Below are positions 59,824 to 64,000 of a stretch of 64,000 nt of DNA, piece by piece. The stretch is from NCBI RefSeq assembly GCF_058153355.1, contig NZ_CM177019.1, one strand, 5' to 3'. Within the stretch, counting starts at the first letter, position 1; every line of letters begins with the position of its first letter. The notes beneath the pieces are model-generated. The model ran no database searches, was not told where the DNA came from, and saw nothing but the letters and a program-made list of their open reading frames with translations. Both the position numbers and the translations under genes were made by a program.

Positions 59824-61074
59824 ATGGATGTCATGAGAAGTGTTCTGGGAATGGTGGTACTGCTGGCAATTGCGTTTTTGCTGTCAGTAAACAAGAAGAA
59901 GATCAGCCTGCGTACCGTTGGCGCGGCGTTAGTGTTACAGGTCGTGATTGGCGGCATTATGCTTTGGTTACCGCCAGGGCGTTGGGTCGCAGAAAAAGTC
60001 GCTTTTGGCGTGCATAAAGTGATGGCGTACAGCGACGCAGGTAGCGCATTTATCTTCGGTTCTCTGGTTGGACCGAAAATGGACACCTTATTTGATGGCG
60101 CAGGATTTATCTTTGGTTTCAGGGTATTACCGGCAATTATCTTCGTTACAGCACTGGTGAGTATTCTCTACTACATCGGTGTGATGGGGATCTTAATTCG
60201 CATTCTCGGCGGTATATTCCAGAAAGCGTTAAATATCAGCAAGATCGAGTCATTCGTCGCGGTCACTACCATTTTCCTCGGGCAAAACGAAATTCCGGCA
60301 ATCGTCAAACCCTTTATCGATCGTCTGAATCGCAATGAATTATTTACAGCGATTTGTAGCGGGATGGCCTCGATTGCTGGTTCGACAATGATTGGTTACG
60401 CCGCACTGGGCGTACCAGTGGAGTATTTGCTGGCGGCATCGTTAATGGCGATTCCCGGCGGGATCTTGTTTGCCCGCCTGTTAAGCCCGGCTACGGAATC
60501 TTCTCAGGTTTCCTTTAATAACCTCTCTTTCACCGAAACACCGCCAAAGAGCATTATTGAAGCCGCTGCGACAGGGGCAATGACCGGGCTGAAAATCGCT
60601 GCGGGTGTGGCGACAGTGGTGATGGCATTTGTCGCCATCATTGCGTTGATCAACGGTGTTATCGGCGGCGTTGGTGGCTGGTTTGGTTTTGAACATGCCT
60701 CGCTGGAGTCCATTTTAGGTTACCTGCTGGCCCCGCTGGCGTGGGTGATGGGTGTTGACTGGAGTGATGCGAATCTTGCCGGAAGTTTGATTGGACAGAA
60801 GCTGGCGATTAATGAATTTGTCGCTTACCTCAATTTCTCACCCTATCTGCAAACGGCTGGCACTCTCGATGCTAAAACCGTGGCGATTATTTCCTTCGCG
60901 TTGTGCGGTTTCGCTAACTTTGGTTCTATCGAGGTGGTGGTTGGTGCATTTTCTGCGGTTGCGCCACACCGTGCGCCGGAAATCGCCCAGCTTGGTTTAC
61001 GCGCGCTGGCGGCGGCGACACTTTCTAACCTGATGAGTGCGACCATTGCCGGGTTCTTTATTGGCTTAGCGTAG
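59824..61074 (+). CDS. nupX: Nucleoside transporter NupX (NupC/CNT family)
   Basis: 416-aa ORF (MDVMRSVLGMVVLLAIAFLL...), highly similar to psuT along its whole length. Confidence 0.9.
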   Translation: MDVMRSVLGMVVLLAIAFLLSVNKKKISLRTVGAALVLQVVIGGIMLWLPPGRWVAEKVAFGVHKVMAYSDAGSAFIFGSLVGPKMDTLFDGAGFIFGFRVLPAIIFVTALVSILYYIGVMGILIRILGGIFQKALNISKIESFVAVTTIFLGQNEIPAIVKPFIDRLNRNELFTAICSGMASIAGSTMIGYAALGVPVEYLLAASLMAIPGGILFARLLSPATESSQVSFNNLSFTETPPKSIIEAAATGAMTGLKIAAGVATVVMAFVAIIALINGVIGGVGGWFGFEHASLESILGYLLAPLAWVMGVDWSDANLAGSLIGQKLAINEFVAYLNFSPYLQTAGTLDAKTVAIISFALCGFANFGSIEVVVGAFSAVAPHRAPEIAQLGLRALAAATLSNLMSATIAGFFIGLA

Positions 61075-61129
61075 TGCGCGAGTTATGAGCCGGATAAGAC
61101 GCGGTCAAGCGTCGAATCCGGCAAGATTG

Positions 61130-62218
61130 TTACACCATCGGCACTAATGAAAGCGCGTTATCGGCAGACAGGGTAGGGTTGTTTAAGCTGCCGCTGGCGC
61201 GTGAAATTGCCGCGCAGGCCATAGCAAAACGGGCACTATCACGGAAACTGCTTCCTTCCAGAAAGCTATACACCAGGCCCGCCATAAAACCATCGTCAGC
61301 ACCAAAACTGTCTACCGTCTTATGCGCTGGCGCAGTCAGCAAAAATTGTTCGCCATCCTTTTGGCTGCAATAAACAGACTCATCGGGCAAATAAACAAAC
61401 AGTTGCTGAACGCCTTGCTGATGCAACGCATTCACTGCGGCATTACGATCAGCATCGCGGGTTATCGGCTGGCCCCATAAAATTTCCAGCTCCGGCAAAG
61501 TGGGTTTCAGAGTGTGAATATGCGCCAGCCAGTGTTTGATTTTGCCCGCTTTGAATTCTGAAACGGTATCGACAAACACCGGGATTTCATCAGCGAGGGT
61601 AAAGACCCACTCCAGCGCCTCGGCTGTCAGGTTGCAATCAGCCAGTACCACGCCCGCATGACGAAGTAAATCGCGCGACCCGTTCAGTAGTTGCGGTGTC
61701 AACTGATCCAGCAGATGGGTATCGTTAATCGCCAGCACGGTTTGATCGTCTCGATTGGCAATTGCCAGATACGTCGATGTGCTTTGACCATGTAAACGAA
61801 CGCAGCCGGAGACATTCACTCCGGCGCGGCGCGTTTCTTCCAGGAGCATTTCGCCATAAAAGTCATCGCCAATCACTGAAAGCAAATGGACGTCGCGGCC
61901 TAACAGCGCCAGATTGTGGGCGATATTGCGTCCAACGCCGCCTGCCGAGCAATGAATTGTACCGGGATGAGAAGCCGCTTGCGGGTAACGGATATCCGCC
62001 ATCCCGCGAATATCCATATTGATTGTCCCCACCACTACGCAGTATTCCTGCTCGGTGAGAATGTAACCTTTGCCTTTAATCCGACCTTTGCGCATTAAAT
62101 CCATAATATGCGCTGCAACACGCGAACGGCTGATTTGCAGCATATCCGCAATTTCGTTCTGCTGAATCAGCGGGTTACGCCTTAATATTGCAAGGATCTC
62201 CTTCTCCCGGTTATTCAT
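61130..62218 (-). CDS. yeiI: Sugar kinase with N-terminal HTH domain, YeiI (PfkB family)
   Basis: 362-aa ORF; N-terminal wHTH (EILAILRRNPLIQQNEIADMLQISRSRV) plus ribokinase-like domain. Confidence 0.88.
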   Translation of the reverse strand: MNNREKEILAILRRNPLIQQNEIADMLQISRSRVAAHIMDLMRKGRIKGKGYILTEQEYCVVVGTINMDIRGMADIRYPQAASHPGTIHCSAGGVGRNIAHNLALLGRDVHLLSVIGDDFYGEMLLEETRRAGVNVSGCVRLHGQSTSTYLAIANRDDQTVLAINDTHLLDQLTPQLLNGSRDLLRHAGVVLADCNLTAEALEWVFTLADEIPVFVDTVSEFKAGKIKHWLAHIHTLKPTLPELEILWGQPITRDADRNAAVNALHQQGVQQLFVYLPDESVYCSQKDGEQFLLTAPAHKTVDSFGADDGFMAGLVYSFLEGSSFRDSARFAMACAAISRASGSLNNPTLSADNALSLVPMV

Positions 62219-62220
62219 CT

Positions 62221-63078
62221 TCAGGCTACCGCTTTTTCAGTTTGTTGCGCTTTCAGCCAGGCGATTTCTTCTGCCCAGATATCCGGGTTGATGGTTTCAA
62301 GGATCAGCGGAATTTCGTCGAAACGGTCGTCCTGCATGATCCAGCGGAACGCATCATGACCGATATTGCCTTCACCGAGGCTATGATGGCGGTCAACGCG
62401 GCTGCCAAAGGTGCTTTTCGCATCGTTAAGGTGCATCCCGCGCAGATACTTAAAGCCGACAATACGGGCAAAATCCGCGAACGTTTTCTCGCATTCGGCT
62501 GGAGTACGCAAATCATACCCGGCAGCGAAAGCATGGCAGGTATCAATGCAGACGCCGACGCGGGATTTATCTTCCACGCCGTCGATAATCGCCGCGAGAT
62601 GTTCGAATTTAAACCCTAAGTTGCTGCCCTGACCGGCGGTATTTTCAATCACCGCTGTCACACCTTGAGTTTTATCCAGCGCAATGTTGATGGATTCGGC
62701 AATACGCGCCAGACAATCCTCTTCTGAAATTTGCATCAGGTGACTGCCGGGGTGGAAGTTGAGCAGAGAGAGGCCCAGTTGTTCGCAACGCTGCATTTCA
62801 TCTATAAACGCATCGCGTGACTTTTCCAGGGCTTCGGCAACCGGATGGCCGAGGTTAATCAGATAACTGTCGTGGGGAAGAATTTGCGCCGATGTGTAGT
62901 GATACTTTTCACAGGCGGCTTTGAATTCATCGATGGTTTGCGTCGTGAGCGGTGCGGCACGCCACTGGCGTTGGTTTTTGGTGAACAAGGCAAACGCGGT
63001 TGCGTCGATTTCGGCGGCGCGAATTGCGGCATTTGCCAGACCGCCAGCAGCACTAACGTGCGCTCCAATGTATTTCAT
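62221..63078 (-). CDS. nfo: Endonuclease IV (AP endonuclease, TIM-barrel)
   Basis: 285-aa ORF starting [39 protein letters not shown], with conserved His/Asp/Glu metal ligands. Confidence 0.92.
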   Translation of the reverse strand: MKYIGAHVSAAGGLANAAIRAAEIDATAFALFTKNQRQWRAAPLTTQTIDEFKAACEKYHYTSAQILPHDSYLINLGHPVAEALEKSRDAFIDEMQRCEQLGLSLLNFHPGSHLMQISEEDCLARIAESINIALDKTQGVTAVIENTAGQGSNLGFKFEHLAAIIDGVEDKSRVGVCIDTCHAFAAGYDLRTPAECEKTFADFARIVGFKYLRGMHLNDAKSTFGSRVDRHHSLGEGNIGHDAFRWIMQDDRFDEIPLILETINPDIWAEEIAWLKAQQTEKAVA

Positions 63079-63151
63079 GCGAGGACTCCTGTTAAACCCG
63101 CTGGAGGAAAACGGTAATGATAGCGGGTTAACAGGAGCAAGATGTAGTGGT

Positions 63152-64000
63152 TTATGCGATGACGCTTTGAATCACATAGTTAATCGCACCACCACCAACA
63201 ATCAGCCAGGCAAACAGTACCAGAGCCATCAGCAGAGGTTTCGCCCCGGCTTTTTTCAGCGCGCTGACGTGAGTGGTCAGACCCAGCGCCGCCATCGCCA
63301 TTGCCAGCAGGAAGGTATCCAGCGTTACCAGCATATTCACTACGCTCTGCGGTAACAGGTGGAACGAGTTAAAGATGGCAACTACGATGAACAAGATGGC
63401 AAACCACGGAATAGTGATTTTGCTTTTCTCGCCGCTGTTCGCCCCAGACAGCTGTTTAACACGCGCCGCCAGCAGGATGAGGAACGGAGCCAGCATTATC
63501 ACGCGCAGCATTTTGGAAATAACTGCTGCGTTTTCTGCATCCGGGCTGATGGCATGACCTGCCGCCACCACCTGCGCCACTTCGTGCACAGTAGAACCAA
63601 TGTAGATACCGAAAGTTTCCGGACTAAACCATTGAGACATCAGCGGATATATCGCCGGGTAGAGGAAAATCGCGACGGTCCCGAAGATAACGACGGTTGC
63701 AACAGCCACGGTTACTTTACTGGCTTCCGCTTTCACTACCGGCTCAGTCGCCAGTACCGCGGCAGCACCACAGATACTGCTACCGGCACCGATCAACCAG
63801 CTGGTGTGCTTATCCAGACCAAACACTTTCTGCCCCAGGAAACAAGCCAGCAGGAAGGTACTGGACAGCGTCAGCACGTCAATGATGATCCCACTGATAC
63901 CGACATCGGCAATTTGCGAGAACGTCAGACGGAAGCCATAAAGAATGATACCCAGACGTAATAAATATTGCTTGGCAAACAGCACACCACCGTCACAGCT
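63152..64000 (-). CDS. yeiH: Inner membrane protein YeiH (UPF0324 family), 5'-truncated by the window end
   Basis: Polytopic membrane ORF; the frame stays open to the window edge, so the true start lies beyond 64000. Confidence 0.85.
   Translation of the reverse strand, partial: SCDGGVLFAKQYLLRLGIILYGFRLTFSQIADVGISGIIIDVLTLSSTFLLACFLGQKVFGLDKHTSWLIGAGSSICGAAAVLATEPVVKAEASKVTVAVATVVIFGTVAIFLYPAIYPLMSQWFSPETFGIYIGSTVHEVAQVVAAGHAISPDAENAAVISKMLRVIMLAPFLILLAARVKQLSGANSGEKSKITIPWFAILFIVVAIFNSFHLLPQSVVNMLVTLDTFLLAMAMAALGLTTHVSALKKAGAKPLLMALVLFAWLIVGGGAINYVIQSVIA

Overview
This window is an Enterobacteriaceae chromosome segment, most consistent with Escherichia coli, running from the 3' end of ompC to the 5'-truncated yeiH. 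Gene order and protein lengths match the E. coli K-12 map as I recall it (no database search was possible): ompC'-apbE-ada-alkB-yojI-mqo-eco-napFDAGHBC-ccmABCDEFGH-narP-yejO-proL-yejMLK-rplY-radD-rsuA-bcr-yejG-yejFEBA-rtn-mepS-lpxT-yeiR-yeiQ-yeiP-yeiW-setB-fruBKA-psuKGT-yeiL-rihB-nupX-yeiI-nfo-yeiH'. Two mobile elements absent from K-12 at these positions, as far as I recall, stand out. (1) A ~1.28 kb IS110-family element (IS621-like) sits inside a REP palindrome between ccmH and narP; its ~178-nt 5' leader folds into stem-loops that carry sequences matching both the insertion target and the element's own ends, which is the signature of a bridge-RNA-guided recombinase. (2) A ~2.36 kb group II intron with an RT-maturase-HNH protein and a recognisable domain V lies between yejK and rplY, also directly beside a REP. 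Other notable points are an in-frame amber codon in rihB, a 4 x 113-bp tandem REP/BIME array between mqo and eco, an apparently intact yejO autotransporter next to tRNA-Pro, and the psuT/nupX paralogue pair sharing a conserved 27-nt leader motif. No CRISPR array, prophage or rRNA was seen.
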